Origin: Phoronis australis
Taxonomy: Eukaryota; Animalia; Phoronida
Assembly (NCBI GenBank): GCA_002633005.1
Contig: NMRA01000247.1
Coordinates: 454,958 to 518,957 of the forward strand
DNA: 64,000 bases
Reading direction: 5' to 3'
Each line of letters starts with the position of its first letter. The stretch's first letter is position 1. Below are positions 12,935 to 26,441 of the stretch, piece by piece. A program made the translations under genes and the position numbers. Below the pieces are notes generated by a model. The model was not told the DNA's origin, made no database searches, and was given only the letters and a program-made list of their open reading frames with translations.

Positions 12935-13025
12935 TCAAGAAGAGAAGCTTTGATTTTTTTGCTCAAGTGAGGTTTAATTATTCTTCAGCAATTGTTATGT
13001 GGAGCATAAAACCAAAGTTCTTTTG
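12935..13025 (+). repeat. Interspersed repeat fragment (other copies at ~31390-31470 and ~38000-38062)
   Basis: Shared block (ttttgctc)aagtgag(g/a)ttt(a/c)at...gtgg...(a/g)accaaa at three loci. Confidence 0.65.
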
Positions 13026-16000
13026 TCTTAAACAGACCCCGATACAGTATGAAAAAACTACGATCTTATATAATGTCGGTTTTGTTTATAATACAACAGA
13101 AATACCCACAAAATCAATTCCAGATTTTAAAAAGTTACTTTGATATCAAGTAATCTACATCCTTTATTCTGAAAAGAATCTACCTGAAGTGTATCGAATG
13201 TTTTAGGAACATTTTAAATTGCAGAGAAGGAACTCGCGTTTGGGACATTACGCAAAAAACTTAGATAGTTTTATAAGACTTCTGAATTGATCATCTGGTG
13301 TGCATTAAGCATTTATGGAGAGTATTAAATGGAAATTATGTGGCTCTTAATAGTAATCAATTCACATTTAGATATTATGAGGAATTATACAACAATGTGT
13401 GGGACAGGATATGACGGCTTCCGGATGACCAAGTCTATACAACCAAGTGTCTTCACTGCTCAGAGCTTAAAGCGATCTTAAACCCAGGTTTTCTGTCACA
13501 AAACAAGTTTTGTTAAGGCCACGTACCATTATACAATTGATCTCAATTGTTCATCAAACAAAATAAGTGTGATTTCTGGGCTTTAATGTAAAGAACTGAC
13601 ACCCATTATTCCTTGAGACCTGGCTCATCAAATTATAAGTTAAAGCGTGACCTGAAATTTTATGAGCTAATTGGTCTGAAAAAAATAATGACCCTGAGTC
13701 CTCATCTAGACTGAGTAAGGAACAAGAGAAAACCAAGCTTAAAAAGTTAAGTGGCCTAAATTAAAACTTGGATTTGTTGACAGGAAGCATTCATGCAGCT
13801 TTAAATGCCCTGTAGAACACAAAATGTCCACTAATCTCCAACAAGTCATACAAAAAGTTACGTTAGGCATTGTTTTCATATTAATAATAGCTCCATGAAT
13901 AACAACTGATAAAAATAATTGCCAAATTGACTACAGTACGTCAAATACCTATTCATGGATTTAATGAGTGAATGCTTTTTAATTGGCGGACATTTCAACC
14001 TCACGGGAAACACGTAATCCTAATGCATTATATAAATTCTGGTTAAAAGGTAAAGTCGTTGAGTTAAACTTTTAGTTTTAGACCCAATTTGATTTGCTTG
14101 GAACAGAAAATATGTCAAAATCATCATCATACCCGATATGTGTGTTGTTGAATTTGAATAACCCAACAACAAAACTTACTTTACTTCACAAGTTAGACAA
14201 ATTGGTCACTTTCAGTACATTACAGCAAATTGCATGTCACATAAATTGGAACTTGACACCCATGCTGAGTGTGTGAAACACTCAATTATTTGAGTAAATG
14301 ATTCGCTATCAAACGACATCTATTGTGAGATCTTAATTATGATGCAGCCCGACAGATACTATTATCATTAAGTATTGTTGAGGTTATGTATGCATTAGGA
14401 TTGGATGTTTTATACAGTGTCAAAATAAAATGGAGTGATTGTGTCTCGGAGAGAGAGGAAGCGGGCTCTCCTCAGAGGGACTTGGTAGGGACATGGGTAC
14501 GATGGTATTTTGCACTTAAAAAGCAGGCACCATTTGACATCCAAATTTTGTCCTGTAAGATGCCTTCGTATCTGGGCATTTTGTCCCATCAGGTATTTTA
14601 CTTGGTATTTTGGTGTGATGTCCTTATGTCAGTCTGTCAACATGTCACCTGTGAACTTTACATGGAGGTGCTGGCCACTGACGAGACCGTGTTATCTCAG
14701 ATAGGGTTTTTCATAGTTTCATTTTCCATTGGGTTCCCCTTTTCACAAATTGCACAGTTAGGTATTCCATTGGTCTTCTTAGTTTTAGATGAGTTGCACT
14801 TTCAATTCATTGGGTGGAAGAGATCCCTCCAAGAGCTACATGTTACCTGACCAAGCCGCATCTCATTTACCCAGTCGTAAATAATATCAAAAAACACAAT
14901 TTTCTTAGGAAAAGCCAATTGACTACAAAAGTCCAGGGATCGTGATTTTCAAAATCACAGGCACAATACAACCAAAGATTTTATAAGTATGTTATGTGAA
15001 GGTGAAAATAAGAAAAGTATTTATAATTAGAATTACAACACCTGTACACCTAAAACATACCTTATATTTTCAACCAATTGTTTTTAGATTTCCATTAGTA
15101 AGAAAATAACAAAGGATCAGAAATAAATCTTGCAATTAACCACATTATTCCATGCACAAAAAACATGCAAAACACAAAGGCAACAACTTAATTTCCTGAA
15201 GGAGATTGTCATCCAAAAATTAGTTTTATGTAAAAAATAAAAACTAACAATATTTGAAAACTTAATACCATACCCTGAAGAAAGTTTTATAAAAGACAAG
15301 AACAACAATTTATTATGATAAATTTTAGAAAAAACATATGGAAGTTGGTAATCAAGCCAGCTGATAAATACTCATTAAATAGTATTCTTAGAAGTTGATC
15401 AGTACAAATGAAGTGATAATTTGGAGTGAAGATGATATCACGGTCATTAATGAAAGTCGCAAGATTATTATTCCCGAGGGATAGTGTCCTTCAGTTGGTG
15501 ATTATGTGAACATGTAATGTTTTTGATATTAAATCTGACAGTTAATGAGCGGTCATTTGCCACAATGTAAGGACTTAATAGACAGCGTTGGGTTAACGAC
15601 TAGCATAGAACACGGCTTATTTAGCTGTTTAAAGCCAAGGCCAGCGTCTGTAAAGGTTGTTGTGCAATTTTCTGACTAATATGAAATAATAAAGAGCGTT
15701 CTGATCAACTTGTCTGATTTGCAGGCAGAATGATGAAGTTATTAGTGGGAGCACTTTTAACCATTTCTTAGTGATATGTGTGGTCGATTTGATGTCACTG
15801 CGGTTGACTGGAAGAATGATGTGGTCTATTCATTGGAACTAACTGATGCGTCAATGGCAACTGGGACAGATATGAATGTGAACATTTATTTCCTGCTGAG
15901 AAAGTAACAAGTTTATTATGCATCCGGATGAGGTTCCTGTGATATTAGTTTGTACGCATAACCATTCGTGACACCGTGACGTGTTTTACTTTTTACATAA

Positions 16001-17679
16001 TTCCAAATGTTTGAAAATACCTTCATATCTTTCATTATTTATTTCATATTAAGGCAAACGAGGATTCTTAATAACTCTAAATTACGAAAGACAGCTTTGT
16101 GGGAAAAAAATTCATAAAGAACATTCCCACAAATTTAAATCTTATTAATAAAAATTTATTAGTGAGCAAATACTCTTGTATGCTTTAAGATCAGACAAAA
16201 ATGAATGAAAATGATTCTGGACAACTAGAATATTAAACTTTATCTCAGCCTAAAAGGTTTACCTTAGTTTACAACTATAACCCTTGGCTGCAGGAGTTGA
16301 ATGCATTTGTTGGCCAGATGAGGACAACTATCCAATCGATGACAATTTAATCTTGGCTAACAACGATTTTTATTGATCTACATTAAGGGCATAATAAGTG
16401 GAAATCAGCAGATTAGATGAAATCTTTCACAATGTTGCATAATGTACTCAGGGCAGCGAGGACAGATTATTTATTAAGTTGAGGCCACAGATTGGAGCTG
16501 ATTGAATTCACCTAAATACCGAATGATAATATTAAAAATTTGCAAACTACTTGGTTAGGGTAAAACTTCCTGTTGTAGCTTTGAAAAAAGTCGACAAAGA
16601 ACACTGAGATTTGGCAGGTGTTGGCTAACAAGTTACGCAGAAAATCATAAAAAATTAATTGTGAATTGTTGAATTATTTTTAGAAAATTCTCACCTAGTA
16701 GTTCCATAGACTTTTCGATGAGAAGACATCAATCAGTATAGAAACCAAAACTATTGTATTTTTAGGGCATCAAAACTGACAGAAGAATGTGAATTTTTGA
16801 CACAAAAATGTTCTTTGTTGATTAATTTGATTAAAAATCATTAAACAATTCCAAAGAAAAACAGCATTTAGTGTTTCAATGTAGTCTTGACTATTATATT
16901 TTCAAAAAATTGAGATATTTTTTAAATATCCATCAGCTGTCATGATTATTTTCAAAACATCATTTAACTTACTTTAAACTTTAATTGGTAAATCAGAATA
17001 CATAAAACATAACTAAGTAATGTAATTAAATATGCACTGTTCTACAATTAGTTTATCATTACTTGTTTGAAACCACAATACATCTGTCCAAGTTAATGCC
17101 CAAGTTCTGACATAAATATCACCCTCCATTTTTCCTTTTTCCGTTTTGAATGCCTATCTCAATTTTTCAAAAAACAATCATTTTACAAACTGTCAATGCT
17201 TGGCTCAATACCCCATAAGCTCCAATGTCCAGCTCAACTTTCAAGTTTCTCAGTTTAAACTCCCAGAACAAACATGAGAAATTGCATAAAACAGAGATTG
17301 TGATAATCTTATTTAATTAATATTAAATCACTGCACTGAAATATTGGTTGGGGGTCACTTGAACAACAACAGAGGGTCATTAGGCAAATGAGTTGAGAGT
17401 GTTGTCCTCGCGTATGGCTGAGAAATCAAACAAAATAGACTTGTTTAATGAGAAAATACAGTTAACTTCTAAGCCAATTAGCAATCATGGTTTCTGTAAT
17501 TTTCTATGTCAAAGGTCAAACCTAGAACTGGGAATCTAAGGTGAAGAAGTATCAAATAACCCCAAGAAACCTGAGACTTGTGTTGAAGTCTTTATCAATA
17601 AAGAAAATAATGATTTTATGTTCAAGAATGTTGACATCTACAGACATTATATAGTCACTTAAGGACTTAAAAGTCTTAA

Positions 17680-18251
17680 GGCTTGTTCACGCGACTCTTT
17701 TGTGCGGAAAATTTTGCGAAATATTGTGCGGAATCGGGATTGCAGAAAAAAATTATCACGGCAATGCAGAAATACAGCAATCCCAGTTTCACAAAATTTT
17801 GCAGAATTTATTTCGAAAAACACTCTAGATGCTGTGACATTTGTTTACACACATACTCGACACAAACTGGAAAATTAACGATACATTTATCACACGGCGC
17901 CCCACGTACAAGAATTCCTGCTTTATTTCCAAATTCTCGAAATCTCTGTTGTCTTGCTATAAAAATTGGTTTATGTAAAATGTGGTCTGACGCAGAGACG
18001 TGGTTACACATTGGCTTGTGGCAAGAAGCCACAGTGGATGGCCAGCCATCTGGGATGATGAAGGACGGAACAGCTTTCGAATCAGGAACGAACTTGAGAT
18101 AACAAAACAAAATTCAGTTCTGTTCAATCACTTGATGTGTTACGAGTCCTTGTAAATAGCTGCCTTTGTGTCAGCGGCGCATTCTTTTCCTTCCGTTGGC
18201 ATTTTCAGTTAATAGAACTTGCGTAATTGACAAGAGTCCCATGAATGCTCG
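17680..18251. mobile_element. Degenerate MITE, PIF/Harbinger-like; related end at ~56230-56400 in reverse
   Basis: Starts taa|ggcttgttcacgcgactctt, and the right end aagagtcccatgaa is its degenerate inverse. ttgtgcggaaaattttgcg matches the reverse complement of cgcaaaatttaccgcacaa at ~56371. Confidence 0.5.
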
Positions 18252-18461
18252 TGGATTGCGGAAATTTTGGCGAAATGGAATTGCATATTTTGTCTGCAAA
18301 GCTGGCACAAAGAGCATGCACACACACACACACACCAGGTCTTTATGCAGAGTACATCCTGGGCTTCCAAATGGACGCCCTAGCACTAATATGGACGCTC
18401 TGGCAATGACGCCCAATGTATCATTTGGACGCCCACTGTCAATAGGAACCTTTCAAGTTCG

Positions 18462-18549
18462 GACACACAGACACACAGACACAGACACACACACAGACAC
18501 ACACACACACACACACACACACACGAACACGAACACATACACACACACA
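18462..18549. repeat. (CA)n/(GACACA)n compound microsatellite
   Basis: gacacacagacacacagac...acacacacac; responsible for the spurious HTHT/CVCV ORFs. Confidence 0.92.
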
Positions 18550-21500
18550 TCCGATAACTAGGGTAAGGCATAAGTTGTCGCTCTGTGCCTGACAATGAAC
18601 ACCCACGCCTCGCAAAAGAAAACCCGTCTATATGCAGCTAGTAATTACATCCGCCTTGCCCCAAGTTTGCAGTCACACAGCAATTAGAATTGGCACAAGT
18701 TACTCTAGAACAATTTACCCCACCTTGATAAGATGGAGTGTCACACAGCCCCCAAACCAAGAGACAACTCGTTCCCGGAGTAACTTGTTATAGGGTAAGT
18801 CTCTGTGTGGACAGCACTTATGAAGGATTCTTGTGTTTGTGTAAATCCTCTGAAAATCAATTGCACTTTGTCCTTAAATGTCCTTAACAGCTGCAGATGT
18901 TCACTCAAGGTCAATACCCAGCGGATAGTCCATTTTTGAGACATTCGCAGGCATAACTTGTTTGACTTGTAGAAGAGCAGCTTACCTAAGAAATCTTTTA
19001 TATTACTTCAGAAACCATTCTCTCCAAAATTCCATACACTATCCATTCTAAACATTTTATCACCTTCAAATTTCCACTCATTCCATATGTCTTGTTACCA
19101 TGGCAATATAACTGGGTCATGTGATTAACACTAGGTTATGTAACATTAAAAATAAACTTCAACCTGTTCAACATTTACTTTTGTAGTTAAACACAAAATG
19201 TTTCCTAACTTAAGTTTAAAAAATGTTATAAAAAAGGCAAAGTTACGGTGAATTAATTTCTTGAATCCCAACTAACAGATTTTTATGAATGCAACAAGAT
19301 TACAGCAACACTTCATAGAAAAAGGAATTCATCAAAATTTTGTATTATGTACTTTAAAACTAACTTGTCCCGTGAGTTTGCATATAATCATTTCCTAAAT
19401 TCTTTATTGTTAAAGAAAACTTTTATCATTTTATGGAAATATGAATTTTGAAAACACAAATCTTTTAAAAAATAACTTGAAATACGAGATGAACCACAAA
19501 TATCAAGCAGTAACTATAATTATCCTGACTTCCCCTCATATAACTTTGAACTCTACTATTTCTACATAACATTGTCTGCTTCAAGTAACAATCGCTTAAA
19601 TCGTTAATGTGAAGATCCCTCCAACGAAGTTAACGAGATTTTGATCTAACTGGCATAAAATGAGTGTAGCCAATCGAACAAACGATTTGGGTAATTAAAT
19701 CTAATTAAATCGAGCATTACGTCACTATATGGTTGCTAAGGTATGATTGAATAACATTAAGCAATGGAATCTGATAGTGATTGGGACAGACCTTTCTGTT
19801 TGTTCATGCGAGAGTAATATGTGTGAATAAAGCGATAAACACTAAGGAGACGACACAGAGGAGTGCCTTCATTACTGAACACGATTTCTTTGAATTCACG
19901 CAAATCAATATCAATAAAAATTGGTCAGTAATCAGATTGGAGCCAGTACTGTAATGACGATACATGGAAAAATCTCACTGATTTCGGACAAAAACAATTG
20001 CCACAATTGATTTCTTCATTTCTCAAAAGTATCTTACACTGTTGTGAATGTCCAGAATTTGTCAACATTGTCAGATGGTGGCTATGGTAAACAACAGATA
20101 AATTGCGAAGTATTTATTTTGTGCTAATAATCTTTTATAAAAAATAGAAAATAACAGTTTCACTTGTTTGCCATATTGAGTCTTAAATCGGTAAGAGTTA
20201 CCGTAGTTCGTTTCATTTTCATAGTAGTACATACGCACATAACTTTTTAATGACTTGTTTTATTTATCATAATTCTTATTTACAGTTCACTTTGCCTCAT
20301 TTTTCAGGTACTAAAAATTCAAAGAAATTATTTCCTTAGGCATCACCATAATGATTATCACCAACAAGAACACATAAATCACAGTCCCTTATGAAGTTGC
20401 TAATTTTTATTTTCAATTGCCTAAAATTCACTAAAAGTTGAAATCAGCGTCACTCAATTGTGCTGTCCATTTTGTTGATGTGCAATTAGAAATTCTTAAA
20501 TTACAAATAAAAATTATCAATTTAATTTTATTGTTTATTTCCAAATTTGATATCTTACTAGAACACAAATTAATGTTAAAACTATTTTCCATGTGTACAA
20601 CTAAATGAAGAAGACAGAGTATCTTTAATTAACATTGCTTTAAGTCAGTTGTCAATTTTGAATCAAAAGAAATCTTCAGAAGGAATGCAAGGTCTGTGGT
20701 GGCTAAAATCTTGAAAATGTTTTCATAACTTTTACTTTTTCACCTATATACTAGGGCATTTTTTATTTTATCACATTTCAAACCATTTATGACTCAGTTT
20801 TTTCTACTAGTAGTTTTATCATTATAGATATTTTTTGCATTTTTAGGATTTAAGTACATCTTGGAAAATTGGATTTTTTTGGACGATTTCTCTGTACCTA
20901 ATAGATGAACTTTTCCAATATATTTTTGTAATTCAATTTGGTGCACCTAAATTGTGACTAGACACAATGAGAATACCAGGTAAATGTAGTAAAAAGTTTG
21001 TTCAAAGCAAAAAGTTGCATTTATTTTTTTCCAAGCAGATTTTTCACAGCTTTCCAACAGTCAAGTGATCCAATAGTGTTTCCCGGAGTGCAAAGGATGA
21101 TAAATTCCTGATTTACCTTCAACCAACAAGGTAGATTACCCAAGGACAATTATTCATGAAAGGTGAGAAATGCTACAAACAACACACCAGTTGACTAAGA
21201 AAAGTGAAGAAAACATGACAGATAGCATTCACAATTATCACAAGTTTTACCTTGTGTGTACCCCTCACAGAAAGCGTACACAATGTTGACAATAATATTT
21301 GTCAGCATTTTTTTAATGTCTGCAAGTTTCATTATGCTTTAAATTTCAGTGTTTGTGTTCAAATGTTTAAATGATTCTCTGTGAACTATTAGCATACTGG
21401 TACGGTACACCACCCTCTTTCTGCTTATTGCCCACCCCCTGAAAATTCCAAATTTTAGCTCTTAAGCACCCATGCTTGGCATACCCACTCAACTTCAATT

Positions 21501-22776
21501 TATACTACTGAGACTTCAAGAGCCTGAGTCTTGGTGAATGCCCATCACATCAGAACACTGAGCACACACCTCACTTACCTTTGAGTAGCAGATGGCCAGG
21601 GCCAGTTTCAGTGGAACATAAAAAAATGTCTCATTTGAGTAGAAAATACCCATCCTCTCCTGCTCTTTATTGAAGGAGGTATGAAATGATTCTTTTGGCA
21701 CATGTGCGTTCTAATCTACCTCATCGATCATAAGATTGAGCCAAAAAAGCATAAAACCCTGAGCATGATTAGAGTGCAAGCAGCACATGGCCAGTTTATT
21801 AGGTGTGGGTAATGGTTGCATTGGAATATTTAAAATATTTGTTGCATAAAAAGCTAGGTTACGCGCTACTGATCTACTGTGCGCAATCACCCCATCCTAG
21901 AAAATAAGCTTACATGACTGTAATCTGGCAATGCTTTAGTTTCCTTTTGTCCATGAAAACCGACGTTAATATAGCTCCTTCAGCGTTAACCCAATCGACT
22001 GTTCCAATAAGTGCCCTACTCGACTTCTCAGAAATTTTGTTTTTAAGTGTCCATGCTCGACCTAATGCACACCCCGATTTTAAGCTCCCGTTAGGTTACC
22101 CAGAAGATTATGCAGCGACACGGAATCGCTCAATTTTGCATTCTCACATTGTCACTTTTATGCCACAGCAGAATCTCACCAAATAATTGACAAAATTACA
22201 TTTAATTCATTCTTCAATGGATTCTAACATTGTTGTGAATGGTCACGACTTTTCAAAATAGTGCGTTGGTCTGTAGGTAGCTACATTGCATCACCATTTT
22301 GGCACTATATGTCATTTATAAGAAAAATGAGAAAAGAAAATTTCACCTGTCTGCCATATTGTGTATTAAATTGATTAGATTTTATTGAAACAGCAAACCG
22401 TGGAACGGAACTGTCCATCAACCAAACATTTTTAAAATTTCAAGCATTTAAAAACTATGTGAGATGAATATTGAGACAAGTTGCCTGCAGGTAAATATTT
22501 TAGTGCACCGTCTGAATAAATTTTAGAAGTTATAGCAACATGTGCTTGACACACCCTGTATAGAAATATGGACATGGGAAAATAACCTCTTGTCATTGTC
22601 ATTGGTGGCTGTGGAGCCCAAACAGATAAACCATCTGTTGATTAAGACAATGCATTCACATGGCAGTAATAACAACTTTGAAGTTTTGGTTGGAGTTTTC
22701 TTTATGTTTACTGAAGTAGTTTATACAGCAACAACAAAACTGTTTTAATGGATTTACAAGTTGACCTAGGTCTGCC

Positions 22777-22875
22777 ACAAAGTAACAGCACAGTATTGCT
22801 GATTTGACAACAAAGTAACAGCACAGTATTGCTGATTTGACAACAAAGTAACAGCACAGTATTGCTGATTTGACA
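22777..22875. repeat. 33-bp minisatellite, 3 identical copies
   Basis: acaaagtaacagcacagtattgctgatttgaca x3, head to tail with no spacers. Confidence 0.97.
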
Positions 22876-23420
22876 TTTCTTCTCAAGAAGAGTTACATGC
22901 TGGAGGAATTTATAAAAGCAAAATTTATACAAATGCGCCACTTTCAATGAGCATTTGTTTCTTTTTAACTGTTTTCATTCGTGTTTTGGGTCGGAACCCT
23001 TAGTTTTATTTTTTCAACATGGCAAGTTAGCATTCCTAATTAAGCCTGTTTTTTTTTGAAAATCTGGCCGTGGTACGTCATTTTTTCGTTGCTCGCAAAT
23101 GTTCAACAAAAAAAAAATACCAGATTTACTTATGTACCTTTGTATAGTTTTTCAAAAAAAAAACATAACCTTGGCTGAAATTGATACAGACACTCGTTTT
23201 TTTCAGTCGGTGAGCGCAAGTGTAAAACATGAATTGGGTACAGACCCAGCTATGCTTTCTTTTGGCCTTCCACAGAGTAAATGAGTAAACTGAATGGAGT
23301 GAATTGATGGCTTCAACTGCAAGATTTGCAGCCGATATCTGGAATTACTTCAGTTTGCTTTTATCGCTTGACCTGATTAGCGTTACGCAGGTTCTTTGTA
23401 AAAAACTACACTACTTGCTC

Positions 23421-23534
23421 AGGGCAATAGTTGGATGCAACGTGCCCACATTTTGAGAACCAGTTTGATGCTCATTGTTCAGTAGAGAAAGCTGGTTCTC
23501 AAAATGCAGACAGATTATATCCAACAATTACCCT
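23421..23534. repeat. Inverted repeat / hairpin (46-bp arms, ~22-nt loop)
   Basis: agggcaatagttggatgcaacgtgcccacattttgagaaccagttt versus aagctggttctcaaaatgcagacagattatatccaacaattaccct; 36/46 Watson-Crick pairs. Confidence 0.88.
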
Positions 23535-23608
23535 TGTCTAGGTTAACGCCCATGTCCAACTTAAAACCCTAAAATTCTGAACGTTAACTTATAACTGACC
23601 ACAACTGA

Positions 23609-23800
23609 GGAAGCAGTGTGGCCTACTGGGATAAGAGTCTTTCACCTTTACTCAAGGTCATAGGTTTGAGTTCCACTGGAGTGCACCTTGGCCCTTGAGT
23701 CTCTAGCTCCTCAGCTCAGTTTAACTATATACGTATTATTAAAGCATAAAAATGGTTCCTGATGCAATGGGCTCACCTAAGCGGCCTGCACACATCTGGT
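23609..23800 (+). mobile_element. tRNA-derived SINE (degenerate)
   Basis: Pol III A-box-like TGGCCTACTGG (23619-23629) and B-box-like GGTTTGAGTTC (23663-23673) at tRNA spacing. Followed by a gcccttgag...aaatggttcctg body typical of tRNA-head SINEs. No intact cloverleaf. Confidence 0.65.
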
Positions 23801-23914
23801 AGTGCAATGTGTACCAGACCACCTGCATTTATTTTGTCATAACTAACCATGAACCATCCAGGAATGTTCATGATATTAAAATTGAAACTGGTCTGCTGGA
23901 TTACCTTCTTTTTA

Positions 23915-24341
23915 GTGAGTTGCGGTCAGTATTAACAGTTAACTTTGGTCATGGATCAAAGTTAACAGCGCCAGTTAACTTTGCAGTAAACAAGTGGATT
24001 TAACAGTGGAGCATCGACGCTGCGGTGCAGTATGAACAGTCAACTTTGGTCCCATCGAAGTTATCGCCAGGGGCCACTGTTATATGGTCAACAATTGCAG
24101 GGCAGTGTCATCTCTAATAGTTGCTTACATTTCACGTGAATTAGCAAATGTAAATGTTCTCAAATTGTCACATTAAAAAAATCTTAGCGTGCACGCGATG
24201 CATCAGCGCTACCTTGCAATAACCTCGATGACAACAGCGTCACCTACCGTTTCCTTCAATGTCCGTTCACTACCGAAGCCGGTATGAACAGTTCAGTTAA
24301 CTTCACAGTTTACACTGGAGTTAGATCAGTATGAAAGCGCC
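23915..24341. mobile_element. PIF/Harbinger-like MITE remnant
   Basis: Right end cagtatgaaagcgcc (reverse complement GGCGCTTTCATACTG). Repeated subterminal motif gtat(g/t)aacagt...aactt at ~23928, 24030 and 24282. Confidence 0.5.
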
Positions 24342-25230
24342 TTTGCACTTAAGTCCGACATAAATGTAGATCCCTGGACATTTATCCAAATTGACCGCTG
24401 TGATAAACGCCCAACCACCGTACTTTTCGGTTGTAATCCGGAGGAGTGCAGTAATTACTTCAGAGAGTTGTCAACATGAGAAAGGCCTCTTATGGGTGTA
24501 AAATGTAATAATTAAATAAAAACGTTTAAATAGATTTTGCTTCCCAATATTATCCAATGATGAACTCATGGTTAACATTTGCTACCACCAATTGTTGTTT
24601 AATTAAACTGCTGATACGCGATACCATCCGATGTTTGTCATTCACACATCTAAAAGTGTTTCTGAGAGGCAATAAAACCAGTTGCAGAAATCTATCAAAT
24701 TACAGGCAGTGATTGCAATAGCAGACACCAGCATTAACAGGGCTGTGTTTACCTATAAAGAATGGGAATGAGATGTATATTTACATCAATTTGTGCACAT
24801 TAAAAGGAATTGCCCTTTATATGGCTGCTGCCTCTGATATCTCAATCAGGGGGTACCCCAAGGTATAAATCACAAGAAAAAACAAATCCATGATGTCACG
24901 CTTGCCCAAACATGAGTCCCTGGAATTGGGTTTATGAGATGGAATAAAATGCTGATGGGTGCAAGAATGAAAGCTGAGCTGCACATCAAAGGCTGCTGAG
25001 GCTGGTCTTTGTTTTTATTAAGCGATCATCAGCAACAATTGTCAGATGTGTCAATGGCATATTAAGACATCAGTGGTGTAGGATTTGGATGTAGTATGCT
25101 TCATTAGAGGAGGGCTGCCATTATCCTGCCAGCCATGGAAACACATGTAATTACTGAATGGCTGGTTGAACTGCTTACAATGGATACTGTCATGAGCTAG
25201 AATGCACGCTTAGTGTTGATGGGCACGTCT

Positions 25231-25350
25231 GGGCGGCGTAGCACTGAAAAAAGTGGGGGCTGCAGCCCCCAGCCTGCCTCTGGCGAACCACCCATAAACC
25301 ACGGTCGGCGTGGCACTGAAAAAAGTGGGAGGCTATAGCCCCAGCCCCCT
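25231..25350 (+). repeat. Duplicated GC-rich transposon-end-like motif
   Basis: cggcgt(a/g)gcactgaaaaaagtggg..gct..agcccc occurs twice about 73 bp apart. Confidence 0.7.
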
Positions 25351-26441
25351 ATGGTATGCCACCCGAAAGATAAGTCAAATTTTCTTTTAAATACAGTAAT
25401 ACTCAAACTTTGGATAGTACGATAAGTGTGCTCAGTCAATGTCACCACACACCAGCAGAGAAGACATGATATTTCATCAATTTCTGATAAAATTAATTTC
25501 CAAAGTGCCACTTTTCAAAAACTTCTACTACCATTTCGAATATCCAGTCATTCGTGCCTGGTGGTAGCTATGATAAAGGCCTGGAATGCGATAAAGTATT
25601 AATTTGGGGTTACGTATTTTTTTATTAAATTCAATTTCACCAGTCTGCCATACTGTATCCAACATCGATGAGATATTAAGGTGATTTATTTCTTGCAGTG
25701 TTGGTGATGTACCACTGGATCAGAGAGGTGGAGAATGCTTTGAAAAACCTGCCCTTCCAATCCCTAATCTACAAGAATTAAAGTTTTCTAGATTCCCTTG
25801 AATCACACTGCCGGTTCATCTGCACACAATTCCTAAATGACTACTCAGAGTGTTATTTACATCGGTCGCTTGCGTAAACATCTTTTCATAGAATACATTG
25901 GGTAAAGTAGAGAACCTAAAATTCTTTTTGAGTGAGCCTTCACATCCATTTTACACAAATTAAAAATAAAGACAGGGCCAGTTGGTTGTCTGCCATTTTT
26001 TCTTTGTTGAGTCATTCCAGTGCTAGAGGTATAAAACACATTATAAAAACAACTTAGCACTGATAATTGGTAGGCACAAGATTCATTTGAAAACAAAAAC
26101 GCAGAGGGAACAGGTTCTACGACAGGTGCGGATTTTTTTTCCACGAATGCGTGAGGAGTATGCACATGTGTTTTCAATGCCCAGTTGGGAACTGGTTTAT
26201 TTAATATTCATAAATAACAGCAATATACAAATCAAGCACTTAAAAAATGCAATCTTCAACTTGTAAAAAAATCATGTTTTGTATAAAAATTTTGATTCTC
26301 TACAATGCTCTGTAATAAAGTAATCAAAAATGAAAAGAAAAAGAAAGGAGACATGTAAAAAATATTAAAATATTTAGAAATACATGTTCTGGGAAATGTG
26401 CCACTTTGTTAGCAGTGGGGATATGGATACTGAAAACTCAC

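Noticed and set aside
17683-18595. ORFs of 139, 100, 131, 81 and 69 aa
   Set aside because: They overlie a MITE and CA microsatellites; no domain recognised
21573-21701. Perfect minus-strand donor AAG|GTAAGT at 21579 within a short ORF
   Set aside because: The ORF is phase 0 but this intron needs phase 1; the phase-1 frame has a stop and no ATG, and there is no clear acceptor. Such 9-mers occur by chance.
22777-22875. 33-bp repeats of CRISPR-like length, and the repetitive ORFs over them
   Set aside because: Units are directly adjacent with no spacers, there are no cas genes and the context is a eukaryotic intron; it is a minisatellite
23609-23680. Possible tRNA gene
   Set aside because: A and B boxes are degenerate and the acceptor and anticodon stems do not pair; better explained as a SINE head
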